64,000 nucleotides of DNA from Eledone cirrhosa (Eukaryota). The stretch lies in contig OZ024746.1 in NCBI GenBank assembly GCA_964016885.1, forward strand, positions 19,282,001-19,346,000. The letters are read 5' to 3'. The stretch's first letter is position 1; every line of letters starts with the position of its first letter. Shown in pieces: positions 27,975 through 39,290 of the stretch. The position numbers were made by a program, and so were the translations under genes. Under the pieces are notes generated by a model. The model had not been told where the DNA came from. It ran no database searches and worked only from the letters and a program-made list of their open reading frames with translations.

Positions 27975-29760
27975 TTTACGCCAAGTCTGTGATCAGAATA
28001 TTAAACTTACCACTACTGGACATTGCTGAGTTTCTGAGTATCAGGTATTTGGAGGCCATGGGTTTAGCATAGTGTGAGTGGAGAATTTGGGCCCTCTCAT
28101 CTATAGTGTTAATCCAGAGTTCCGTGTCTAATACTCGTTTCTACTTTAGGCACAAGGCCAGCAATTACCCAGTGCATTACTGGTACTTTATTTTTATCGA
28201 CACCGTAAGGATGAAAGGCAAAGTCAACCTCGGCGGGATTTGAACTCAGATCGTAAAGGGACGTAACTATGCTTGAAAGCATGGCGTCCGACCCTCTACC
28301 GATACTGCCAATCCACCGCCCTGTCTAATACTGGTAGTCTATTGTTAGGGTGTTTGGAAAGGTAGTCATCAGTTACAGTTATACTCTGGTGTATGGAGTT
28401 AGTTATCTGCTGGATGCTTTCCATTGTGCTATATTCTAAATCATGTTCATTAGTACTCTCTTGTGGGGGTGTTCTTATTACTATATTAATATTGTCTACA
28501 AAACGAGAGTACATGACGAGGTTTATGGAGCTCTCTTCAAGATCTTTGAGTCTCCTTTCCCACCATACCATAAATAGATTGGCAACATCACCAGCTATGC
28601 TGATGCCAATGGCTGCTCCCTTATTCTGGGTGTAGATCTTTTCATTAAATTTAAACACATGGCCCTTTAGGGTAGTTTTAATACTAGCCCCTATTGCATG
28701 TGAGACCTTTTTTCTCACCTGATCATTGTTTTTGGGTGTTCGTATGGCTTTAGTCCATCCATTCCATCTTCCCATGGGAGTCTTTTTAGCCATTGAGGTT
28801 ATGGTGGGGGGAGGGGGGGGGTCTACCTCTTATGGGTCTACTGGAGCAGAAACAGCTAAGGTCATGGTCATCTAGGTACTCAGTGTCATAAGTAAGTCTA
28901 AGTAGGAGGCCCAGTTCATCTGTGTCGGTGTCGCAGAACTCCATTTCACTCACTGATTATTTCCACACATTTTTCCACAGCAAAATCAATGTTAATGGAC
29001 GGGTACAGTGATACTACATCTATACTGCCTATTATGCAGTTAGATAAGTTTTCGTTGCACACATCGATTCTGCTGAGGAGGTCCTCTGTACTGTCACATA
29101 CATCTGAGGACATCTTAATTATGGGGCGTATAACTGTCGAGAGGAAGTAGGAGATCCTGTAGTTGTTAGCAATATTGGCTCCGCATACAGGTCTTGGTGG
29201 TCGGGTCGTCGGCTGTCTTATAGTCTTTGCGGAGCCCATACAAGGGTGGTACGTCATTGTTAAACGCTTGGAAGTTGTTGGCAGTGCGTCTGCTTGGCTT
29301 TAGGATGTCGGTCCACATCATCATGTGAGCGTTGAGGATCTTCTCTCTCTTCTCATGTTTGTTGTGTTGTTTCGCTCGTGCTGATGATGTGGGGTTGCAT
29401 AGCCTTGATATAGTTCGGCATGCTGACTATTGACATCCTACCAGATTTATCTGTGGGCAGACACACTACCTCACCATCCCTTGTGCGCTGCTTGAGGTTA
29501 ATTAGGCCTTCTACAGGTTTCTTTCCAAGTTGTTGGATATCTGGTCTGCTTTGTCTTTTAGTATATCAGTCTACTACTTGTCTAAGTTTATTTCTAGCTA
29601 TGGTAAACTGTGCCTCTGTTTCATCATCTATTTGTTGTGGTATACAAACTCTTTTATTAAAAGGTAATTTAGTGGGATAAAGTTTGTTCATCTTATATGT
29701 TTTGTCAGCTGGGTTGAAGAATAGGTTCTCTAAGGGGTTGTCATTAAATCTATTGTCATA
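27975..29760 (-). mobile_element. Decayed Penelope-like element reverse transcriptase
   Basis: Fragments RPVCGA...DSTEDLL...GSIDVVSLYPSI, QNKGAAIG..IAGDVANLFM, YSRFVDNI and LPVLD(T)ELW...HYAKPMAS. The last is split by a SINE. No GIY-YIG domain seen. Confidence 0.8.
28136..28321 (-). mobile_element. SINE family A inserted in the Penelope RT, TSD tgtctaatact
   Basis: 11-bp direct repeat on both sides. The RT reading resumes across it. Confidence 0.92.
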
Positions 29761-30239
29761 GTTGTGCATGCTACTATTATTGTCATGGTTATTGTTGTTC
29801 CTACAGTTAACATTATTATTATTGTTATGATTGTTAAATGTATTGCTGTTGTTCTCTCTATTGTTATTGTTGCTGTTACTGTTATTTCTACCATTTGTGG
29901 TTGTTACCTTTATTATGTTGCTACACCTATTATTTCCATTATTATTATTAAAAATGAATGGAATAACAACAACAACCATATCCAAACAAACAATACCGAC
30001 TTAAGGGAAATATAAATAAATAAATAAATAAATAAATATATACACAAGTACAATAACAACAAACACATATAAACACACACTAGTAAACAAAGATAGAATA
30101 CAAAAACCAAAATACATACACTCAAACGCGAACACACACACCAAACATTATACACACACAGAAACGCATGTGCAGAGATGGGGACAAGAATAAATAAATA
30201 AATAAATAAATAAGATAAAAATGGCGTAGACATTACAAT

Positions 30240-33200
30240 GAAATAATAATAATGAAATATTGTGTACAGTGCTCAGGTGCACTACAACTCATTAAAAAGT
30301 GTATGTATAGTACATAGGGTAATGTACAAACGTCAGGAAAATGAACAGTGCATGAGTCATGATACACACATGTGTGCATGTGTATGGAAGGGGTACATCA
30401 GATGTAGTTTTGGCGTATTTCGGGAAGCATGAGTGTCTTAAAGGATGCAGTGTCCCGGCAGCTAACAACTGACGCAGGCAGTTTGTTCCATGCTTCAGCA
30501 ATTCTGAGCGTGAAAAAATGTCTACGAAAGTCATGGGAACTGTGCTGTTTTCTGATTTTGTAGGCATGTCCACGTGTGTTAGACACATGGAGATCAAAAA
30601 GGTGCTCAGGGTTGTTGTTGGCGAGATGGTTAATAACTTTGTGGGTATTTACCAAGTCCATTGCCAGACGTCGGAGCTTCAATGAATCCATGCCCAGGGA
30701 AGCAAGGCGTTCAGAGTATGGTAGGTGTCTGATGGAGGGTATGCGCTTGGTTGCACGTCTCTGAACAGTTTCCAGGAGGTCAATGTTCTGAGCAAGATAG
30801 GGGTTCCAGACTGATGATGCGAATTCCAAGTGTGGTCGTACCATAGCTGTATACAGTTTTAAATAGATGGCTGGAGAGCGGCTAACAAAGGTCTTGCTGA
30901 GTGATGCCAAGACACCCTCGGCCTTCTTGACAATCTTAGAGACATGCTTTGTCCAACGCAAATCGCTGCTGACAGTAATGCCCAGGTCACGTTCACAAGA
31001 GGACTTCTTGATATCATCAGTGTTGTGGAGGGAGTATGTGGATGCTGGATTTTTCCTCCCAAAATGCATGGTGGTACACTTGTCCACAGCCAGCTTCAGT
31101 TGCCAGTCTGTGATCCATTGCTGCATTGTGTCCAGGTCTGATTGTAGGAAAGAGTTGTAGATTTCAGGATCAGTCCTTTTGATTTCAAGGTACAGCTTGA
31201 TGTCATCTGCATATTTCAGTACTGTGGCAGTCTGTAAGTTGGCATCTATGTCATTAATATATACCACAAACAAAAGGGGACCAAGAACAGATCCCTGTGG
31301 TACACCAGATGACATCTCATATGGTGAAGAATGCTGTCCTAGAACCGTGACTACCTCTTTTCGGCTGAGAATGAAGGATTTCAACCAGTCGAAAAGATCA
31401 TCCCTCACACCCATTGCAGAGAGTTTTGCCATAAGTCTTTTGTGTGGCACAGAATTAAAAGCCTTAGCAAAGTCAAGGTAAACAACATCCATCCATGAGC
31501 CGCTGTCAGTGATCCAGGTGATGTCTTCAAGGAACTCGATAAGCTGATCACAGCAGCTGGAGTTAGGGATAAATCCAAACTGTGAGGGCCGGATGAGGCT
31601 GTGAGAGCTCCAGAAGTTCCAAAGTGTTTCTCTGACACAGGATTCCATCAGTTTGGCCATACAGCTAGTAAGACTGACTGGACGATAGTTGACAGGTGAC
31701 ATGCGGTTGCCCTTTTTGAACAGGAGAATGACACTGGCAGTTTTCCACTGCTCCGGAGTAGCACCATTGTTGAGACAGGTATGTAACACCATCAAGACCA
31801 GGGGAGGCATAGTTGCGCTTATTCTTAAGGTGACGTCGCAACATTGCAGGTGTAAATTCCATAGTTACTATGGAATTTGATGTTAGAGATGGTGGAGATG
31901 GTACATTCTGGTTTTCAACAGTAAAAATACTTGCATAGCACTCAGCAATGAGTTCTGTGCATTCTTTGGGATCGTCAGTGATCTGGCTTGTGTGGGGATT
32001 GCGAAGAGGACCAACTGGAGAGTGAGGTCTCTGCTTTGAATGAACATATTTCCAGAACACCTTACTGTCAGGATTGGTTGCTATGCACTGTTCAAATTCA
32101 AGCACTACCTTCTTTGTCACTTGCTTGAGATGGTTAGAAGATTTATTCCGCTTTTTTCTGTTGGCATCTGATTTATGCAGTTTATATTCCCGTTCAGCGT
32201 TCCGACGTTCTTTCCTGGCAAGTCGGACCACTGAAGTTTCCCAAATTGCACTTTTGGGGTGGTTTTTTTTCTTCTTACATGGCACCGATGCTGCACACGC
32301 TATCCATATTGAGTCCAGGATGCTCTGGAGTATAGTGTTCACATCTCCAGAGTTATACATCTCATGCCAGTTTGGGCGCTGTAGCTCAGTGCAGTACAAG
32401 TTCCAATCTGCTTTCTTCCAATCAAAGCAAGCAGATTGGAGATGGCTCTGGTTTTTGTTGCTGCCCGCAAGACCCAGATTGGCAATGATCATAGCATGAT
32501 CAGAGTCGCCTAGAGGTTCCTCAGTAGTACAACTGATAACCATTTCAGGAGTAGTGGTGAAGATCAGGTCCAAAGTATTGTCACCTCTTGTTGGAGAGCT
32601 GACTACTTGTGACCAGTTTGAGTCCAGCACTAGTTCAAGGAAATCGTTTGCACCTTGTGGCCAACAAAAGGTTTCCCAATCGATCTCAGGATGATTGAAG
32701 TCACCTGCAATAAAAACATAAGTGGCTGTTTTCTTGGCAGCAACTCTGAGGATATCGCAAAACTGTGTGTCCTGATGGTAGTTTGGGGGCGATAAACAAC
32801 ACCAAGCAGAAGTGTTGACATGGTCATACGTATGTCACAAAAAAAAACTTCTTGTGATTCGTTCAAATCAACGCAAGGAATTACTGAAAAGTTTGAACGA
32901 ACGTAGACCATCACACCACCACCACGGCAATTAATGCGGTCCTTGCGGAAAAGGTTGTACCCAGTAATGCTGAAAACCCCATCACAGAGTAAGGAATGTG
33001 CCCATGTTTCCGTGACTGTGATGAAGTCAGGGTCGATGCTTCTGACGTAGGAGTCAAACAGATGTATCTTGTTGCATAAACTGCGAGCATTTAAGGACAA
33101 CAATTTGTACCCTGCTTGCAGTTTATGATGGTATGTAGAGGGTGGCAGGTTGTTCTGGTTTAGTTTCCCAGAGTTGTTGCAGTTTTTTTATTGCCAGTTA

Positions 33201-33680
33201 TTGTGGGTAGAGCACACTCAGACCGGCTGGTATCTCTCTTCCACGTTTCACGAGCCTTAACAAACCTCCAGATCTGTCTATCATCCCGCAGACTAAAACT
33301 TTCATGTTGTGCTGAGTTCTGATTCAAGGAAGCTGCAGCATGTAGCTTTGGACGTACATGGGGTGGTAGGCCTGAGCGTGTTTGGAAGGTAATCCGATTT
33401 TCACGCCCAGCTTTAACAGAGGCCAGATGGTATGAGATTGCCTCAGCAGGGTCCGAAAAAGACAGCCTGATGAGTCTGGGTTTTGGACCAGGTCGACCAA
33501 GGCGGAGAGCACCCTTTGGGGGAACACAGCCTAGGTCTTTGGCTGAGCTGGCAGCGAATGCCTGAAGATCAGCCTTGTCCTCTGGTACCCCAATGGCAAT
33601 TACTTCATGGGTAGCAGATTCTGCAGTCTTCTCAGTGTGCCCATATATGGCAAGAGGTACAGGGAGATTCTTTAGCAAGG
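30240..33680 (-). mobile_element. Second copy of the same CR1-group LINE, inactivated (frameshift in EN near 32790, ~59-bp deletion near 31778)
   Basis: ORF fragments 33160-33678, 32630-33103, 31665-32630 and 30398-31810 are near-identical to the 50391-53900 copy. Confidence 0.95.
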
Positions 33681-33819
33681 CATTCCAATAAGACCCCTCA
33701 ATACAACAGGAGGGAACATGATAATAGTAACACTGATGATGTTGCAGATGTGCAATGGAAGAACTTTGATAGACTATTTATATATATATCAATGAAAACT
33801 ATATTTATAAAACCATATT

Positions 33820-33880
33820 TATTCTATTATATATATTTCAAGGGTACCAAAACTTTGGTACGCTCTCATCAGATAAAATA
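33820..33880 (-). ncRNA. Minimal type I hammerhead ribozyme motif, sense to CPT2 pre-mRNA
   Basis: Minus strand: tattttat-CTGATGA-gagcgtaccaa agtt ttggtaccctt-GAAA-tatata-TA-atagaata. 8-bp stem I, long stem II, palindromic stem III. Confidence 0.8.
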
Positions 33881-34217
33881 CAAAGTTTGTTTTATAAATA
33901 TTGACATATCCAGAAAGAAGATCTTAACGGTTCAAGTTTTTCCTGGATAGTTTATTTATTTAATATCATTGATATTATACTCCAGAAAACTTGTCGAGTA
34001 CTTCGAATCAGTTATAAACATATATTTTTGTTGAATTACCAACAAATTAAATATCCCTTTTGCTTATATATATATATATATATCTGTATTTTTAACTGTT
34101 GGTCAGTCAATGATAAACAATGATTGCCAAATAAATTAACTATGGAGATATAAAAGATACAGAAACGAAAACCAACCAAACAGTGAGTGCGTTCTGTTAT
34201 TATTTCTGGCAATATTA

Positions 34218-34411
34218 AGGCGGTGGATTGGCAGTATCGGCAGAGGGTCGGACGCCATGCTTTGATGCAAAGAGTTACGGCCCTTGCCATTCTGAGTTCA
34301 AATCCCGCCGAGGTTAACTTTGCCTTTCATCCTTACGGGGGTCGATAAAATAAAGTACCAGTAATACACTGGCACTGGGTAATTGCTGGCCTTGTGCCAA
34401 AAGTAGAAACA
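34218..34411 (+). mobile_element. SINE family A with 19-bp TSD attatttctggcaatatta
   Basis: TSD at 34199-34217 and 34412-34430. The empty site is visible in the left IR arm (~27741-27763). Confidence 0.95.
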
Positions 34412-34615
34412 ATTATTTCTGGCAATATTATTACAACAATATGACCCTCCCAAAGTATAGGAATATTTGTTTCGACTCGATTTCATATAAAAAAAAACCT
34501 TGCAAAACAAATATATATATATATATATATATATACGTTATTCCGGGTTGAATCGGAGGTAACCACAGTAAGTAAGGTACTCAATACATAGCAGAGTATA
34601 ACAGTTTTAATATAG

Positions 34616-34716
34616 AAGAGATTCTACAGGACTAGAACTGTTTCATTCATTAGAAATCATCAGGATTCCTGATGATTTCTAATGAATGAAACAGTTCTAG
34701 TCCTGTAGAATCTCTT
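34616..34716. repeat. Perfect palindrome, 50-bp arms with 1-nt spacer, containing a hammerhead core
   Basis: 34616-34665 is the exact reverse complement of 34667-34716. The arm contains CTGATGA...GAAAC...GTC. Confidence 0.95.
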
Positions 34717-34770
34717 ATATATATATATATATATACACACACACATCAAAATCTTAGAAGAAATTCCCAC

Positions 34771-34904
34771 CTGACAACTTTTCGAAATGTCTTTGTGTCA
34801 CTCTTTTTAGGGTTCAAGTGGAAAACCTCAGGCTCAAGTGTTTTTTCTTCCAAAGACTTCAGGAATCGAAGACTTGAATAAATTATGTTGGTTGCACGAA
34901 TCAA
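34771..34904 (-). CDS. CPT2: CPT2 exon 6 ([18 protein letters not shown]...[22 protein letters not shown])
   Basis: CPT2-specific membrane-insert region [15 protein letters not shown]. AG/GT boundaries, 134 nt. Confidence 0.96.
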
Positions 34905-35419
34905 CTGAAAAAATACAAAAACAAAGACTTTGAGTACATGGAGGTTACTATAAAGCACCAGTAATGTACTGGGGTCGATTTAATCTACTTTCCACTCCCC
35001 CCAAAACTATTAGAATTGGCAATATCAGTAGAGTGTTGGACAATATACTTTGCAGCATATAGTCATGACCCTTTATGCTCTGAGTTCAAATCATGCAATA
35101 GTTAGCTTTGTCTTTCATCCCTATGGAGTCCATAAAATAAAGTACGAGTAACACAATGGAGTCGATTTAAATGACTTTCCCCTCCTTCCAAAATGGTTGG
35201 CTTTCTGCTTAAATCAGAAACCATATATATATTTATAAAGTACATATAACTGTAAACATCACAAGCTGTTCTGAAGATCTTTTCATGAAGTCATTACTGA
35301 TCTACCAACTATCAACAAAATGGAGATTACAAACAGATTCAACAGAACCTTCTAGCTGCTTTACAGCTTCCCTTGCTTCCTATTTTTTCTTGATATTGAA
35401 AATATTTAATTAAATTTAC

Positions 35420-35523
35420 CTGGTTGTTGTATTGAGGACGTGGGTCATCAATGAAACTCATGAAAGGTGTATGGTTCAGTACGACTGGGCGACGGTCTTT
35501 TAAATACATGTGAAACCAGGGTC
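35420..35523 (-). CDS. CPT2: CPT2 exon 5 ([34 protein letters not shown])
   Basis: Homologous to CPT2 GPWFDMYL...LNFNPFM. AG/GT boundaries, 104 nt. Confidence 0.95.
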
Positions 35524-36231
35524 CTATCCAAATTAATAACAAAATATAATCAGTAACAATAGCAACGTCATACACACACATATACATACATTCGCAACTG
35601 AAGCCCCTACAGGGGTGGCCCACTGGACAAGTGAGCAAGGGGAGTAGAGGAAGTGAAATGGGGAATATAAAGAGTTGTTTCCCCTGAATACCTTCTTTAT
35701 ATTGCTCCAACACATCTCTGATGCACAGCAAAACAACAAATTATGTTATACCGATGTATATCTTTATGTTGTTATTCCAATAATTAGGAAGTGAATTGTT
35801 AGAGTCTTTAGAATGTCGGAAAAAAATGCTTTGTGGTATTCCTTTCAGCTCTCTGAGTTCAAATCCTGCTGAGGCCAACTTTGCCTGTCATTGATTTAAG
35901 GTTGATAAAAAAAAGTACCAGTCAAATACTGAGGTTGATTCTTCCTCTCTATCTCTTTCTCATTTTCTACCCTTCTCTGGAACAAATATTCTGTGTTCAG
36001 ACCTGGATAGATGGGCTCCACCAGGTTTAAAATGCCCTAAAAATACCATATGCCACTATGGCACACCTACGATTCCATTGGGAGTTATGGGACCATAACA
36101 TACCATACTTTATTCCAATATTCTGGCATTATGTAATCTTAATATTCTGCTAATCTCTTTTTATTGAATTCTAACAATCTCAGCAGGCATAATTTCAAAA
36201 TTATCAAAGGATAAAAAAGTAAGATACTTGC

Positions 36232-36291
36232 CCGAGATATAACTGGTATGTTTGTTAGCTTTATCCAGAGCAACAAGTTCATCATGAAGGG
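36232..36291 (-). CDS. CPT2: CPT2 exon 4 ([19 protein letters not shown]), followed by a GC donor
   Basis: Matches CPT2 [20 protein letters not shown]. Only the G|GCAAGT donor keeps frame with exon 5. Confidence 0.93.
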
Positions 36292-37178
36292 CTGAAAATA
36301 CATAATTAACTGTAATTATACTTAATTAAATGGCACAACATCATCGCAAATACAAGTGGCTAAAATGGGGTTCCTCCAGCTAAGTGGACTGGAGCAATGG
36401 GAAATAAAGTGTCTTGCTCAAGGACAAAATGTGCTACTAGGAATCAAACTCACAATTGTACATAGGGTGTGTGGTCCTAAGCTATAGCTTATAGGTAAGT
36501 CCAGCACCTTATCCCATCCCACTAAGAATTTTAGAAACACTAATTAGTATAATTTAATAAATAAATATAATAGGAAAAAATATTTTAGGAAGGGCATCCA
36601 GCTGTAGAAACCAAGCCAGACACAGTTCTGTATGAGCAAAACAGTCACCTGATCTGACTTGTCTCACAAAAGGACAACTCATCTAGTATGGAAAATGGAT
36701 GTTAAATGATGATGATGATGATTTCTTCAAACAGTTAAACTAATAATGAAGCTTCATCTTCACCCACTTATTCCTGAGAGGGTTGTGGGGCAGAGTCCTC
36801 AAACATTCCTTCCAGTAGGTCCTGTACTGATCCAGCTAGATCCCCAAGTGAGACCAGCTAACTCATGGATATTATCCAACTATCTTCTTTGGGATCTATC
36901 CCTGGGTCTCTTGCCGGTTGGTTTTGCTTGTAAAATCTGTCCAGCAATTCTTTCCTGAGACATTCTAACCACATGCCCATAGTATCAGAGCTATGATCTC
37001 TCAATTTGGAGAAGTAGCGGCTCTACCTGGAGGGACTCTCTGATCTCCGAGCTACACACTTTATAGAGTAATGTTACCCTAGTGACAAATATATTGTACA
37101 ATAAATTTCATTTGTTTGAAAATCTAGTTAAGTCCAGTACTATTCAGAATAAAACAAGAAATAAGAAGTCATACTAAC

Positions 37179-37366
37179 CTTTTCCTTCATTTTCCTGAAA
37201 TTGTTTGACAATATTCTCTGTAGACTGAAATTGTGCTTCATTTAGTAAAGCCTTTTGAGAAAGTAGATATCGTTTACAAGTGTCTTCTAGTTTAGGTATT
37301 GCAAGTCTGGGTAGACTTTTTTGAAAATGGTAGGTAGGCACTATACTTTTCTTCAGAAATTCTGAG
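37179..37366 (-). CDS. CPT2: CPT2 exon 3 (SEFLKKSIVPTYHFQKSLPRLAIPKLEDTCKRYL...NEGK)
   Basis: Carnitine acyltransferase signature LPRLxIPKLEDT. AG/GT boundaries, 188 nt, phases consistent. Confidence 0.95.
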
Positions 37367-38159
37367 CTGTATTAAACAATAAAAGACAAAAGGTTAGATG
37401 AAAAAACAGAAAAACTGAAGTAAAGTACACCTGGAAACAGAAAAAAAGTGGAGTGAGGTACCTTCCTAGCAGGTGACTATTCACTTTATTCCATCTCCAT
37501 TATTAGTCTGGTATAGGGCAGTGGATTGGCGGTATCAGTAGAGTGTCGGATAACATGATTTGCAGCATATAGTTACGTCCCTTTACGTTGAGGTTAGCTT
37601 TGCCTTTCATCCATACGAGGTTAATAAAATAATGTACCAGTAACAAGTTAGGGTCGATTTAATCAACCCCCCACCCCTAAATTTGTTAGCCTTGTACCTA
37701 AATGTTCTTGCTGTTGCACAGCGAGGCCTGGGTCATTCTAAGCCAGCGATCCCAAAGCATTGTTGTGCTTGTTGTGCGTCCTGGGTCTGGCCTTGTCGTG
37801 GCGAGGGGGCTTGAATGTTCCGTAAATCCGAGAGAGCATTACTGTCTGGAGCTTTGCTCTTGGTAGGGCCACCCTAGGCAAGCCGGTCTCCTGGGGAGGT
37901 TCCAAACCAATAGTGTCGACTCACTGCCAAGATGGCAGCCCCAACTAAATCAGATACCATTATTAGACTTGTATTTGAAACAAAATATTCTATAAAATTA
38001 TGTTAGACGATGTGCTTTAGATGTGAACATTTTACAAATAGAGGGTTTTCTTCCAAAGAACCAGAAAAGGTGCTGAATGGGTTAATAACAAAAAGGTTAA
38101 TGCACAATTAATATCAAAAATAAAAACAGAAGTAACAAGAATTCTCAACTGAAAGATAC

Positions 38160-38203
38160 CTTGAAGCTTCTCCTCTTTGTAGAGTTCTGAGCAATACATT
38201 TCT
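38160..38203 (-). CDS. CPT2: CPT2 putative coding exon 2 (RNVLLRTLQRGEAS)
   Basis: Acceptor ttttcacag and donor AG|GTATCT. 44 nt, phase 0 to 2, joins exon 3 in frame. Confidence 0.65.
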
Positions 38204-38649
38204 CTGTGAAAACCATTGCATGAAATAGATTGAAAATAGGTTCCATTTATTTTTTTATTATAAATATAAAGGTAATATCAGGAAAAATTATCATTATTAT
38301 CATAAAAAATTATCATCATTATTATTTTTCTATGAATATAATAATATAATTGTTTTTACTTTTGGCACAAGGCCAGCAATTACCCAGTGCATTACTGGTA
38401 CTTTATTTTATCGACCCCGTAAGGATGAAAGGCAAAGTCAACCTCGGCAGGATTTGAACTCAGATCGTAAAGGGACGTAACTATGCTGGAAAGCATGGCG
38501 TCCGACCCTCTACCGATACTGCCAATCCACCGCCCTTATTATAATAATATAATGCTTACAGAATGAAAATATAGACATAAATAATATATACAGTACTTAA
38601 TAAATACTTCTTACAGAATGAAAATATCAACACAAATTATATATAATGC

Positions 38650-39290
38650 TCTAAAATTGTCAAGAAGGCCGAGGGTGTCTGAGCATCACTCAGTAAGAAC
38701 TTTGTCAGCCACTCTCCAGCTATCTATTTAAAGCTGTATATAGCTATGGTGCAGTCACACTTAGAATTTGTATCACCAATCTGAATATTGATCTCCAGGA
38801 AACTGTTCAGAGATATGCAACCAAACAAATACCCTCCATCAGGCATCTACCATACTCTGAACGCCTTGCTTCCCTGGGAATGGACGTCTGGCAACTGACT
38901 TGGTAGAAACCCATAATATTATTAACCAGCTTTCCAATAACAACCCTGAGCACCTTAAATTCCATGTGTCTAATAACTATGGACATGCTTCCAAAATCAG
39001 AAAACAGTACAGCTCCCATGACTTTCGGAAACATTTTTTCACGCTCAGAGTTGCTGAAGCATGGAACAAACTACTTGCATCAGTTGTTAGCTATCGGGAC
39101 ACTGCATCCTTCCAAACTTCCATAAATTCGCCAGCACTAGACCTGGCACGCATGTGTGTGTGTGTGTATATCATGACTCATACACTGTTCACTTTCCTGA
39201 CATTTGTACATTATTCTATGTACTATACATGCACCTTTGATGAGTTCTAATGCACCTGAGCACTGTACACAATAACTGTCATTATTATTT
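38650..39290 (+). mobile_element. 5'-truncated older CR1-group LINE fragment (RT C-terminus and 3' UTR)
   Basis: Aligns by eye to 53195-53900 with deletions. ORF shows HDFRKHFFTLRVAEAWNKL. Confidence 0.9.

Larger units (their letters stand above)
33699..34459. repeat. Right arm of the inverted repeat, interrupted by a ~290-bp hammerhead-bearing insert and a SINE
   Basis: Reverse complement of 27714-27968 in three pieces. Confidence 0.85.

Noticed and set aside
29566-29985. Asn-rich 139-aa ORF as a host gene
   Set aside because: Trinucleotide low complexity fused to the degraded N-terminal region of the Penelope-like ORF. No splice support.
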